In this document: piece by piece, positions 50,625-59,691 of the stretch
How the letters are laid out: each line of letters opens with the position of its first letter
Position numbering within the stretch: position 1 is the first letter of the stretch
Assembly (NCBI GenBank): GCA_965237905.1
Contig: OZ250172.1
Span: 2,272,001-2,336,000 of the forward strand
Direction of reading: 5' to 3'
DNA from: Nitrospinaceae bacterium
Lineage (GTDB): Bacteria; Nitrospinota; Nitrospinia; Nitrospinales; Nitrospinaceae
Length of the DNA: 64,000 bases
The notes under the pieces: model-generated
Told to the model about the DNA's origin: nothing
The model's database searches: none
What the model saw: the letters and a program-made list of their open reading frames with translations, nothing else
Position numbers and translations under genes: made by a program

Positions 50625-50908
50625 ATTGCTTACAGAAAAGAGGGTTCCGAAGGCCGATCGAGCAGGCGGTTTACTAATAACACGGATTTACCGATAAGGA
50701 CAACATGCAAAAAGGTGTTATAAATATTTTACCCATCCTCTGCCCTGAAATTATCATCTAACAGGATGAAACATTTAATGGATCAAACATACTCAAAAAA
50801 AGGGGGCTCAGAAGTACCTACGTTTTTATTGTTATTTTTATTTATATTATTGTTTGTAATCGAATTACCGATATAAGATAATGTAATACAATCACTTTTA
50901 GGAAGACT

Positions 50909-52288
50909 ATGGCTCATTGGACACGACATACGGGATTCTGGAAAACCCTTGTGGGAAAACGGCTTTCCCTGGGGGCCGTCGCCGTGGTGCTGGCTTTTGT
51001 GTTGGCTTGCTCCCAGACGAAAACGGAGGAGTCCGCAAAAAAGAAAAACCGGGAGCTGGTCCTCCCGGTCCAAATCGGCAAGGTGGTCTTCAAGGATATC
51101 GTCGATGAAATCAATTCGGTGGGCAATGTCGTGGCGGAACAACGGGTGGTCATTACTTCCGAAGTGGAAGGGCGCCTTAAATCGTTACTTGTTGACGAGG
51201 GATCGAAAGTCAAGGAAGGGCAGGTGCTGGCACTCATCGATATCCGGGATTACCGCCTTCAGGTAGAACAGTTGCGAGCCGAGCAGATCAGCGTCCGGAA
51301 GGAATACGAAAAAACTTTAAGCGGCCTCCGCCCTGAAGACAAGGAAAAACTCCGGGCCCAGGTCCAGGCGGATCAGAGCTCCCTCGATCTCGCGGTTAAA
51401 GAACACAGGAGAATGGAACAACTGGTGCTGGATGGTGTGGTATCCCAATCGTTGTTGGATGAAGCCAACGACAAGGTGGCCCGCGCTCAGGAAACCCTGC
51501 GTTCCAGCAAGGCGGCGTCGATGGCGGGGGGGAAGTCCCGGCAAGAAGATATTTCGAAAAGTAAATCCAACTTGGACTCAGTCACCAAAAAACTGGAAAT
51601 GGCACAGTTGGATCTGTCCAAGGCCATCATTAAAGCGCCCTTTGATGGTGTGATCATCTCCAAAAAAATCGAGGTGGGTGCCTATGCCGGTTCTGGTACG
51701 GCTATTCTGGAGATGGTTGGATCTTCAAAACTGAAAGCGGTGTTGGAAATTCCCCAGAGTTATCGCGGCAAACTGGAGAAAATCAGCCGGATTGATTTCA
51801 AGGTGAACGAGTTGGGTCTTGGTTTCATTATGGATGAAAATCTGAAACAACAGGTGCGCGTGATTCCCGATGCCAACATTTTTTCGGGCAATATCAAAGT
51901 GCAGATAGAGTTGCCCGGCCATCTTAGGACCTTGTTCCCCGGATTGACCGTCGAAGCTCGCCTGCAGTTTGATACCCGCCGCCAAGTTAAGCATGTACCG
52001 TCCATTTCACTGGTGATCGGTGAAAAAGGAACGGTGGTTTATATTGTAGAAAATGAACATGCCAAGCTGGTTCCGGTGCGGGCATTCAAGGAACGAGACG
52101 GACTGGTGGAGATCGATGACTTCACCCATCAGTTGAATCGGGACATCCAATTGATCCAGCGTGGGTCCGGTGCGGTTTTCCCCGGGGTCAAAGTGTTGCT
52201 GACCAATCCCGAACCGAAGGCCGATCCTCCTTTCAATGCCGTCGAAAAAGGAAAACCCCGGCCCAAAGGCGGCCCACGGGGCACCTGA
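50909..52288 (+). CDS. RND efflux periplasmic adaptor subunit
   Basis: Lipoprotein-like LAC; SEVEG..VDEG..VKEGQVL; coiled coil; IKAPFDG. Confidence 0.92.
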   Translation: MAHWTRHTGFWKTLVGKRLSLGAVAVVLAFVLACSQTKTEESAKKKNRELVLPVQIGKVVFKDIVDEINSVGNVVAEQRVVITSEVEGRLKSLLVDEGSKVKEGQVLALIDIRDYRLQVEQLRAEQISVRKEYEKTLSGLRPEDKEKLRAQVQADQSSLDLAVKEHRRMEQLVLDGVVSQSLLDEANDKVARAQETLRSSKAASMAGGKSRQEDISKSKSNLDSVTKKLEMAQLDLSKAIIKAPFDGVIISKKIEVGAYAGSGTAILEMVGSSKLKAVLEIPQSYRGKLEKISRIDFKVNELGLGFIMDENLKQQVRVIPDANIFSGNIKVQIELPGHLRTLFPGLTVEARLQFDTRRQVKHVPSISLVIGEKGTVVYIVENEHAKLVPVRAFKERDGLVEIDDFTHQLNRDIQLIQRGSGAVFPGVKVLLTNPEPKADPPFNAVEKGKPRPKGGPRGT

Positions 52289-55200
52289 TGAAACTTGTCG
52301 ATAGCTCCATCCGCAACTACCACACGGTGACAGTGGCCATTGTGATGACCACTGTCCTCGGTATCATTTGTTACAACACCCTGCCGCGACAACTCACCCC
52401 TACCGTAGACAAACCGCTGATCGAAGTGCGGACCGAATACCGTGGGCTTTCGCCCAACGAGGTCGAGCGCAATATCACGCGCCGATTGGAAGAGCAACTG
52501 GAGACGGTGGAGGGTCTCAAGAAAATGACTTCGCGGAGCCAGCATGGTGAAAGCTCCATTACCCTGGAGTTTGAATGGGGCACCGACAAGAAAATCGCCA
52601 CCATCGACGTCAATAACAAACTCCAGCAGGTGAAGGACCTTCCGGTTCTTGCGGACAAGCCCGTACTGAAATCTATCTCCACCGACAACTCCAATCCCAT
52701 CATGTGGGTGATCGTGGAGAAGCCCAACCCGAAGATGCCGGACATCAGCCAAAACTACATGTTCAAAGCAGGGGAGGACTTGATCGTCCCGCTCCTGCAA
52801 CGGGTGGAAGGGGTTTCGGAGGTTTGGCATTTCGGCGGCGAAGACCGGGAGATGCGGGTCGAGTTCGATCCTTACAGCATGGCCCGGCTTCACATCACCT
52901 ACAAGGATGTGATCAAGAAACTTTCCAGTGAAAACCAGAATACCCGCGCCGGGTTTCATGATGAAACGAACCGCGAGTATACCGTTCGTACCCTGGGGGA
53001 GTTCAAGAATCCTGAGGATATTTTAAAAACAGTCATCAAGCGCGACGGTGATAAAACCATCCGGGTGCGCGATTTCTCCAAAGTGGTCGACGGTTACCAG
53101 CGAACCTCGTCACTGGTCCGGATCAACGGCCGGATATCCAACGCGTTCGGCATTATCCGGGAGCAGGGCGCCAATGTGGTCAGCACCTGCAACCTGGCTA
53201 CCGAAGCCATCGAAAAATTAAACCGCGAACTCCTCAGCCGTGGTATTCCGATGCGGCTTAAAATCGTCTACAAGGATGTGGATTACATTGACGAGGCGAT
53301 GTCTCTGGTTAAAACCAATCTGGCCTTGGGCGCGGCCCTGGCGGTTATTGTCCTTCTATTATTTTTGGGATCCGTGCGGTCGGTGTTGATCATCGCAATC
53401 AGCATACCTGTCAGCCTGGTGGCTGTTTTCATTGTTTTGAAATTGCTCGGGCGAAGCATCAACATCATTTCGCTTGCCGGAATGGCTTTTGCCGTAGGCA
53501 TGGTGCTGGAGAATATCTACCGTCATCTCACCCTGAAGAAGGGCGTGTTCAAAGCCGCCTACGATGGCACGGTGGAGGTATGGGGGGCGGTTCTGTCGTC
53601 AACCTTGACCACGCTGGCCGTATTTCTACCGATCGTGTTTATCCAGGAGGAAGCCGGGCAGTTGTTTCAGGATATCGCCATCACCATCAGCGCCAGTATC
53701 GCGCTGTCCCTGCTGGTGTCCATCACCGTGATCCCAACGCTGACCACATTGTTGATCCATCTGCGGCCGGGCGAGACCTACGAGCCGGGTTTTCTGCACC
53801 GCGGACCATTGAGACCTCTAGTTGTTTTTGGAGAGGCGCTGTCCGCAGGTTATTCACGGACCATGAAATATGTTCTGGGGACAGGAGCCGGCCACATGTT
53901 AGTGAAGGTTGGAGTGATAATCGGTATCGCGGGATTGTTGGTGTGGAGCACTTTGATCCTTCCGGAACGGGATTACCTGCCCACTGGCAACAGCAATATG
54001 GTGTTCATGTTCATAGACCCGGTAGCGGGTGTGCCGGTGAGGCAAAACATGAAATACTTCGCCGATTACGAAAAGAAAATGACCCAGATGGAAGATGTGA
54101 GCAACAACTTTCTGGTGTTTTCCAACCGCTTCAACGGCGGCGGGGCGATCATCAAACCCGAACTGGCCCGGGGCCAGGCCGGCGAAGTGAAAATGGCAGT
54201 GAAATCCAAGGAAATGGGAGGACGCATTTTCCAGATACCCGGATACCGGTTCGCTTTTGCTTCGCAACGCCCCATCTTTCGATCTGCCTCCAAAACGTTT
54301 GATATTGAAATTGTCGGGCCGGACATTTCCGAATTGAAACGGATTGCCATGGGCTTAATCAAAGATATCACAGGCAGTGAGGGCGTTCATTCCGTTCGGC
54401 CGGAGTTCAAGTCGGGCAATCCCGAACTGCGTTTCATTCCCCGGCGGTTGAACAACGCTCGCCTCGAAATGGGAGTGCCGGAAATCGGCGACATCATCGA
54501 ATCGTTGAATGCCGGAAAATATCTGGGGGAATTCAATGACCGCGGCGAACCCATCGATTTCGTTCTGGTGCGGGCAGATGCGGAAAAACTGGGCCTGAAC
54601 GATTATAAAAACCTCCCTGTCTGGACCGATGAAAACATGATGACCAACCTGGGTTATCTGGTGGATACCGAAATCGCGTCGGGCCCGGCACGTATTGATC
54701 ATATCGAAAAAGAACGCGCGGCCAAACTGCTGGTCCAGGTGCATAAGTCCTACCCCATGCAGAAGGTGATCCAGCGCGTGGAAGAAGAGTACCTCGTTTC
54801 CGTAAGGCGGAACCTGTCGGAGGAATACGGATTGAGCATCGGTGGCACCGCGGATGACCTGGCATCGACCGAGAAGTCTTTGCTGAATAGTTTTATCTAC
54901 GCGGTCGGATTCATTTATTTATTGCTCGTTGCGTTGTTCAAATCGTTCATGCGACCTTTCATTGTCATGTTGACCGTGGCCCTGGCGGTCTCGGGTTCTT
55001 TCTTCGGTATTGCCGGGAACAATGTTCTGCAAAGAATGAATATCAGAGGCATTCTCGAAGATCTTGAGGTGCCTAATCCCGAAGCCATGCTTCAGGGGTG
55101 GGACTGGATCACATTCGACATTTTGACGCAGTTGGGAATCATCATTCTCGCGGGGATCGTGGTGAACAACGCGATTCTGATCGTGCATCAGATGCTGAAT

Positions 55201-55524
55201 AACATTCGTTCCGGTATGGACGAACGCGAAGCCCTGTTGAAATCCTGCGAAACGCGCCTGCGGCCTATCATGATGACCGTTATTTCCTCAGTGAGCGGTA
55301 TGCTCCCTCTCGCTTTTGGCGAAGGCGCGGGCACGGAATTGTACCGCGGCATGGGCACCGCCCTGATTGGCGGATTGATGTTCTCCACGATCTTTACCTT
55401 ATTCCTCGTGCCCGTTTTAATTTCGCTGATGACCGACCTCGGCCTGCACACCCGCAAAGACGACCTGGTGAAGGAATCTCTAAGCCGGGACGATTTTAAA
55501 ACGGTACCAGGAGCTGGGCAGTGA
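52288..55524 (+). CDS. RND efflux permease (AcrB family) with apparent 7-aa TM4 deletion
   Basis: PNEVERNIT, INIISLAG, STLTTLAVFLP, GIVVNNAIL, RLRPIMMT; TM4 reads GMVLENI. Confidence 0.92.
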   Translation: MKLVDSSIRNYHTVTVAIVMTTVLGIICYNTLPRQLTPTVDKPLIEVRTEYRGLSPNEVERNITRRLEEQLETVEGLKKMTSRSQHGESSITLEFEWGTDKKIATIDVNNKLQQVKDLPVLADKPVLKSISTDNSNPIMWVIVEKPNPKMPDISQNYMFKAGEDLIVPLLQRVEGVSEVWHFGGEDREMRVEFDPYSMARLHITYKDVIKKLSSENQNTRAGFHDETNREYTVRTLGEFKNPEDILKTVIKRDGDKTIRVRDFSKVVDGYQRTSSLVRINGRISNAFGIIREQGANVVSTCNLATEAIEKLNRELLSRGIPMRLKIVYKDVDYIDEAMSLVKTNLALGAALAVIVLLLFLGSVRSVLIIAISIPVSLVAVFIVLKLLGRSINIISLAGMAFAVGMVLENIYRHLTLKKGVFKAAYDGTVEVWGAVLSSTLTTLAVFLPIVFIQEEAGQLFQDIAITISASIALSLLVSITVIPTLTTLLIHLRPGETYEPGFLHRGPLRPLVVFGEALSAGYSRTMKYVLGTGAGHMLVKVGVIIGIAGLLVWSTLILPERDYLPTGNSNMVFMFIDPVAGVPVRQNMKYFADYEKKMTQMEDVSNNFLVFSNRFNGGGAIIKPELARGQAGEVKMAVKSKEMGGRIFQIPGYRFAFASQRPIFRSASKTFDIEIVGPDISELKRIAMGLIKDITGSEGVHSVRPEFKSGNPELRFIPRRLNNARLEMGVPEIGDIIESLNAGKYLGEFNDRGEPIDFVLVRADAEKLGLNDYKNLPVWTDENMMTNLGYLVDTEIASGPARIDHIEKERAAKLLVQVHKSYPMQKVIQRVEEEYLVSVRRNLSEEYGLSIGGTADDLASTEKSLLNSFIYAVGFIYLLLVALFKSFMRPFIVMLTVALAVSGSFFGIAGNNVLQRMNIRGILEDLEVPNPEAMLQGWDWITFDILTQLGIIILAGIVVNNAILIVHQMLNNIRSGMDEREALLKSCETRLRPIMMTVISSVSGMLPLAFGEGAGTELYRGMGTALIGGLMFSTIFTLFLVPVLISLMTDLGLHTRKDDLVKESLSRDDFKTVPGAGQ

Positions 55525-55528
55525 AAGA

Positions 55529-58300
55529 TTATTTTTCAATGTGGAAGGGCACCTGCCAGGTATCCTGCCGGGGTGCGTACACGATTTTCATGTAACGAGT
55601 CTGCGGCGGCACGCGGACTTCGGCTTGCCACACCACTTTCTTTTCGGAATCGGTCCTTTTGATACGCACATTCCTTTGCTTCAAAGGTTTCCGGGAACCG
55701 TCGAGTGGTAGAAACTGGACCAGCGTTTCGCGTGGTCCTTCGATTTCCATCAGGATCCGGTCCTGGTCGATACCCGTGAACTTGGCTTTCAGTCCGTTGG
55801 CCGCTTCTCCGGCGTTGCCGAGTTCGTTAAGGTCCAGGCGAAACGAATCCAGTTTGCGCGGCAGGCGGATAGTCAGATAACCTTCAAAACCCACCGGAGT
55901 CAAATGTTCGGCATCCGATGCCACCGGACCCGCCTCGATCTGGAATTGCGCTCCCTTCAGGGGCGGCGCATAATTGGAGTCGATCACTAAAAATTTTTCA
56001 CCCTTCGCTGGCAGGGTTTTCTTTTTTGAGGGGGAACCGTCTTGGACGATCACTTTCTCAACCGTCATCTCGGCGGCGGAAAGATTGTGGGTGATGACCC
56101 CTGTATCCTGGGAATGCACCAGAAAAGAACCCGAAACATATTTTCCGGTTTGTTTCCATTTATCCCGCATATAAAGATTTTCACTCATGCAGAAGTAAAA
56201 AGCGCCGGATTTGAATTTGGCATAGCTTCTGGAACACACTTCCCGCTTGGGACTGGAACGCCGCTTTTGCAGAAACGCCCGGCGGGACTGGGTATCAACC
56301 CGGACGTGTTCAAAAAATTGATCCGCCGGGTAAGCGGGGCGTTGGAATGTGAATTGGAAAGGATAAGTTTCCTGGGTAGATTTTCTGGCCAATACGAATT
56401 CCACGGTTTTGGGTTGTCCGCGAAACCGCTTATTCTTACTCATCCCCTGCCCGAGGAAAAGGGAGGATGACGAGGAGCCTGCATTTTGAAGATATTTTCC
56501 CGAGCCGTTCAGGGCGCGGGTCTCGAGCAGGCGGCCCACTTCGCCGCTGGCGGTGAAGTTGACTGCGTTGTCCTTTGTTTCTTTCAATTTGATTCGAACG
56601 CCGCCGGTTTGTACGACTTTATTCTTGAAGGGCATCCGAACGCGTTTCTTGACGATATCCGAAGGCAGTTGAAGCTGTATTTCGCCTTCGATGGATGTAA
56701 TGTCCGACAGCATGATTCCCCGGCGCAGGTGAACGGTTTTGGTTCCCTGAAGAACGTTGAGCGTCAGGTTGGACCACCGGGGTTTGTCCTGAATCAGCTT
56801 TTGAATGACTCGGGTCTTCTTAACGCGCTTCACATCCACATTCCGGAATCCCTTGCGCAGAGCAGCATATTTTGAGTTACGGTCCTTGCCGCAGGGTTCG
56901 TCCAACAACAACTCGCGGCCTCTTGCATCGCGCACGTGGGTGACCCGTAACCAGGCACCGGCTCCTTCGCCCACCTCCGCAAAGGAATTGATTTCTATTT
57001 TTGGAACCGAACTACTTACGACTTCCAGATGCAGATCGATGTTTCCGGTTTGATCCGGGTTGATGGAAATCCCTTTGACCCGGATACCAAAAGGACCGGT
57101 AGTGGCGATGAAACTTTCGCTCGGATTGGCCGTAGCGTCGAATGGATCGAGGTCTTTGGGCTGAAACGAATTTTTATATTGATTGACTTCTTTGAACGGA
57201 ATGGTCTGTTCGCCCGCTTTTTTCCCACCGCTCGAAATGGATATGGACGATGAAATGGAGGAGGCGAGTAAATCCAATCCTTCCTGAAAAACATTTGCGA
57301 TATTTTTGACCAGGGCGTCGTTGATTTTCGCCTTCAAAACCAGTTGCCGATCCGTGGCCTGTAAATCCAGATAGTTCATCAGACTTTTAGCGGTTTTGAA
57401 CTCCGGGGCGATTTCCTTGATGGTTTTCTTTTTCCAGTCCAGAAACTTCCGGCGCTGTTCCTGATTCCATTCCGCGTTTGCGGTTTCTAAAAGCAATTCC
57501 AGGTCGATGCCCTTGGGTTTCCATGTGATCGTGCCGCCGCCGTAAATGCTTGTGACCGGAGCTATTTGCTTTTTCGCGCTGTGAGCAAACATGCGGGCCA
57601 TCCCATTTTGTGAAACATTTTCCAGGTTTTTGGGAACCAGTACCGCGAAGGCGCCAAGTTTCCCTTTTCGGTAATCACGCCATTTGCCAAGATCCTTTTC
57701 CGCCTTTGGCCGGTCCAGGCGTGGCAGGAGCCAGGCGACGGCCTCGGGATCGCCAACAATCAGACGATGATTTTCGACAATCATGAGTTCCGGTGGAGAG
57801 GGTTTGCAGGTTTCTTTATCGACGCGGGACCACAACCAGGCGGTTCGGCCGTTCACTTGTGTTTGTTTGATGTTTTTGTCTTTTTGCCATTCTTGTTCAA
57901 TGGACTCCACTGGAAAGTTTCCAAGTGCTACCTGCACCTGGCCGCCACCCTTGAGGCCGTCGAGGAAACCGCCGAGGATGTAATCTACCGATTCGCCCGG
58001 ATTCGGGGTGGACCGGCGCAGGAAATTGAGAAAAGAATCATCCTCTTTATTTTCCTTACCCGCGGAGGTGGGCAGGGCCAGAGCGTCTCCCTCTCCTATA
58101 AAAACCTTCTCAAGGCGCAGGGCGTAGTCCACGTCGAGATAAAATAATCCTATCAGGTTGGGTCCAGCCAGGGCGTCTTCCAATGCGATCAACTCGGGAG
58201 GAGCGGGTTGGGGATCAACTTTTTTTGCGGGGTTCGCGTATGCCGGAAAGGCAACAGCCAAAGAAAGTGCAAGTACAAAAATTTTAAAAATCCGAAGCAT
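55529..58300 (-). CDS. large exported hypothetical protein
   Basis: 923 aa; signal peptide ending AYA; duplicated C-terminal module. Confidence 0.85.
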   Translation of the reverse strand: MLRIFKIFVLALSLAVAFPAYANPAKKVDPQPAPPELIALEDALAGPNLIGLFYLDVDYALRLEKVFIGEGDALALPTSAGKENKEDDSFLNFLRRSTPNPGESVDYILGGFLDGLKGGGQVQVALGNFPVESIEQEWQKDKNIKQTQVNGRTAWLWSRVDKETCKPSPPELMIVENHRLIVGDPEAVAWLLPRLDRPKAEKDLGKWRDYRKGKLGAFAVLVPKNLENVSQNGMARMFAHSAKKQIAPVTSIYGGGTITWKPKGIDLELLLETANAEWNQEQRRKFLDWKKKTIKEIAPEFKTAKSLMNYLDLQATDRQLVLKAKINDALVKNIANVFQEGLDLLASSISSSISISSGGKKAGEQTIPFKEVNQYKNSFQPKDLDPFDATANPSESFIATTGPFGIRVKGISINPDQTGNIDLHLEVVSSSVPKIEINSFAEVGEGAGAWLRVTHVRDARGRELLLDEPCGKDRNSKYAALRKGFRNVDVKRVKKTRVIQKLIQDKPRWSNLTLNVLQGTKTVHLRRGIMLSDITSIEGEIQLQLPSDIVKKRVRMPFKNKVVQTGGVRIKLKETKDNAVNFTASGEVGRLLETRALNGSGKYLQNAGSSSSSLFLGQGMSKNKRFRGQPKTVEFVLARKSTQETYPFQFTFQRPAYPADQFFEHVRVDTQSRRAFLQKRRSSPKREVCSRSYAKFKSGAFYFCMSENLYMRDKWKQTGKYVSGSFLVHSQDTGVITHNLSAAEMTVEKVIVQDGSPSKKKTLPAKGEKFLVIDSNYAPPLKGAQFQIEAGPVASDAEHLTPVGFEGYLTIRLPRKLDSFRLDLNELGNAGEAANGLKAKFTGIDQDRILMEIEGPRETLVQFLPLDGSRKPLKQRNVRIKRTDSEKKVVWQAEVRVPPQTRYMKIVYAPRQDTWQVPFHIEK

Positions 58301-58433
58301 GAGTCCGCCTTGAATAGTGGTTGAGTGTATGTTCTCAGTGTAAAGGCAAAGTTTTAGACAGACAAATACTTTGAGAAATTTTATCGGTCAAAAAGATTGG
58401 GAAATGTAAATCTGGTGGGATAAGGAAAGAAGC

Positions 58434-59102
58434 TTATGCCTGATAACCTTTTTTAAGCTCAAGAACTTTTTTCTGATTGTATTCCGGCGTCACGATTCCC
58501 ACTGAAATGATGAACTTAATGCCTTCCTCCACCGACATCGTGAGCTCGATGATTTCCTCGTTGGCCACGAATACCAGGAATCCGGAAGTGGGATTGGGGG
58601 TGGTCGGCACAAATACGTTGACCAGTTTGGCGTCGGTCAACTCCTGCACTTCGCCTTCGGTGTAGCCGGTGATAAATCCTACGGAGTAGATTCCTTTGCG
58701 CGGAAACTCCACCAGAACGACTTTGCGGAAGGCTTTGGTGTCGGCGTGGGCGATGGTGGTCACCACCTGCTTGGCGCCGGTGTAGATGCTTCGCACCACG
58801 GGGATGCGGTCGACGATCATTTCACCGAGTTGGATCAGCTTGGCGCCAAAAATGTTTCGGGTCAATACTCCCACCACGAAGATGAGCAGAATGATCAGAA
58901 GCAAACCCAGGCCAGGCAGGTGGAAGTCTTCCGGAATGGGAGTGCCGATTTTGATCAACCATTTTATGAACCAGGGAACGACCAGATCGTCCAGAATTTT
59001 AAACAGGAAATTGAGGATGAACAGGGTGAAGGCCACCGGAATGGTGATCAGGATTCCCGTGATGAAAATGTTGCGGAGGCGGCGTTTGAGGTTGCTGAAC
59101 AT
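58434..59102 (-). CDS. DUF502 family membrane protein
   Basis: FITGILITIP, IPVVRSIY, VVLVEFPR, VFVPTTPNPTSG. Confidence 0.92.
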   Translation of the reverse strand: MFSNLKRRLRNIFITGILITIPVAFTLFILNFLFKILDDLVVPWFIKWLIKIGTPIPEDFHLPGLGLLLIILLIFVVGVLTRNIFGAKLIQLGEMIVDRIPVVRSIYTGAKQVVTTIAHADTKAFRKVVLVEFPRKGIYSVGFITGYTEGEVQELTDAKLVNVFVPTTPNPTSGFLVFVANEEIIELTMSVEEGIKFIISVGIVTPEYNQKKVLELKKGYQA

Positions 59103-59334
59103 AGTCAATTGAGTGGGTGAATTGGATTTAAGGTTTAAGTGTGGCGCGCTATCAGCCGAGCCTCAGGGCCGGGTGAACCGTTGCGGTGGTATCGGCGTAT
59201 CCAATTATTATATAGCGATTTATGGGGAAGGCAAGCTGGAAGGGAAGGGGTGCCGGAGCCTGAAAATTCAATATGAAACGGTAGGGAAATCTGCTAATAT
59301 CGGTAATCTTAGGACGCAAAACGACTGAAAAATT

Positions 59335-59407
<73 letters not shown>

Positions 59408-59483
59408 CTCCTAGCCGGAGGGGCGGCGTATTTAGGCGGCATTAATAGGTCAGCCGAAATGCTCCGCCTCTTTTTTCTTATTT

Positions 59484-59691
59484 TTCCTCCCTTGTAAAGG
59501 GTGCGGCTGGACGCAACGTTGAAAGGCGTTATGTTCAGCCGCTTTTTTTTGCCTAAGGAGGACTTCTGCTCCCCCCTGCAAAGGGGCGTGGCCGCTGGAC
59601 CCAACGCTTAATAGCGTTGCGATCAGGCGGCATTTTTTTGTTTTTTATTTCCTGACTCGGTTTGCCGACCGCTTTTAATTACAGGCTCTAT
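59484..59691 (+). repeat. tandem hairpin + U-tract units, left copy of the islet-flanking repeat
   Basis: Two related units (59503-59550, 59591-59638); 3' part homologous to 62449-62521. Confidence 0.75.

Noticed and set aside
59655..59691. TAGAGCCTGT as an IS5-like terminus, or GGCAAACC as a c-di-GMP-I riboswitch
   Set aside because: No partner inverted repeat or transposase was found, the other riboswitch elements are absent, and the motif is explained as the left arm of the terminator seen at 62510
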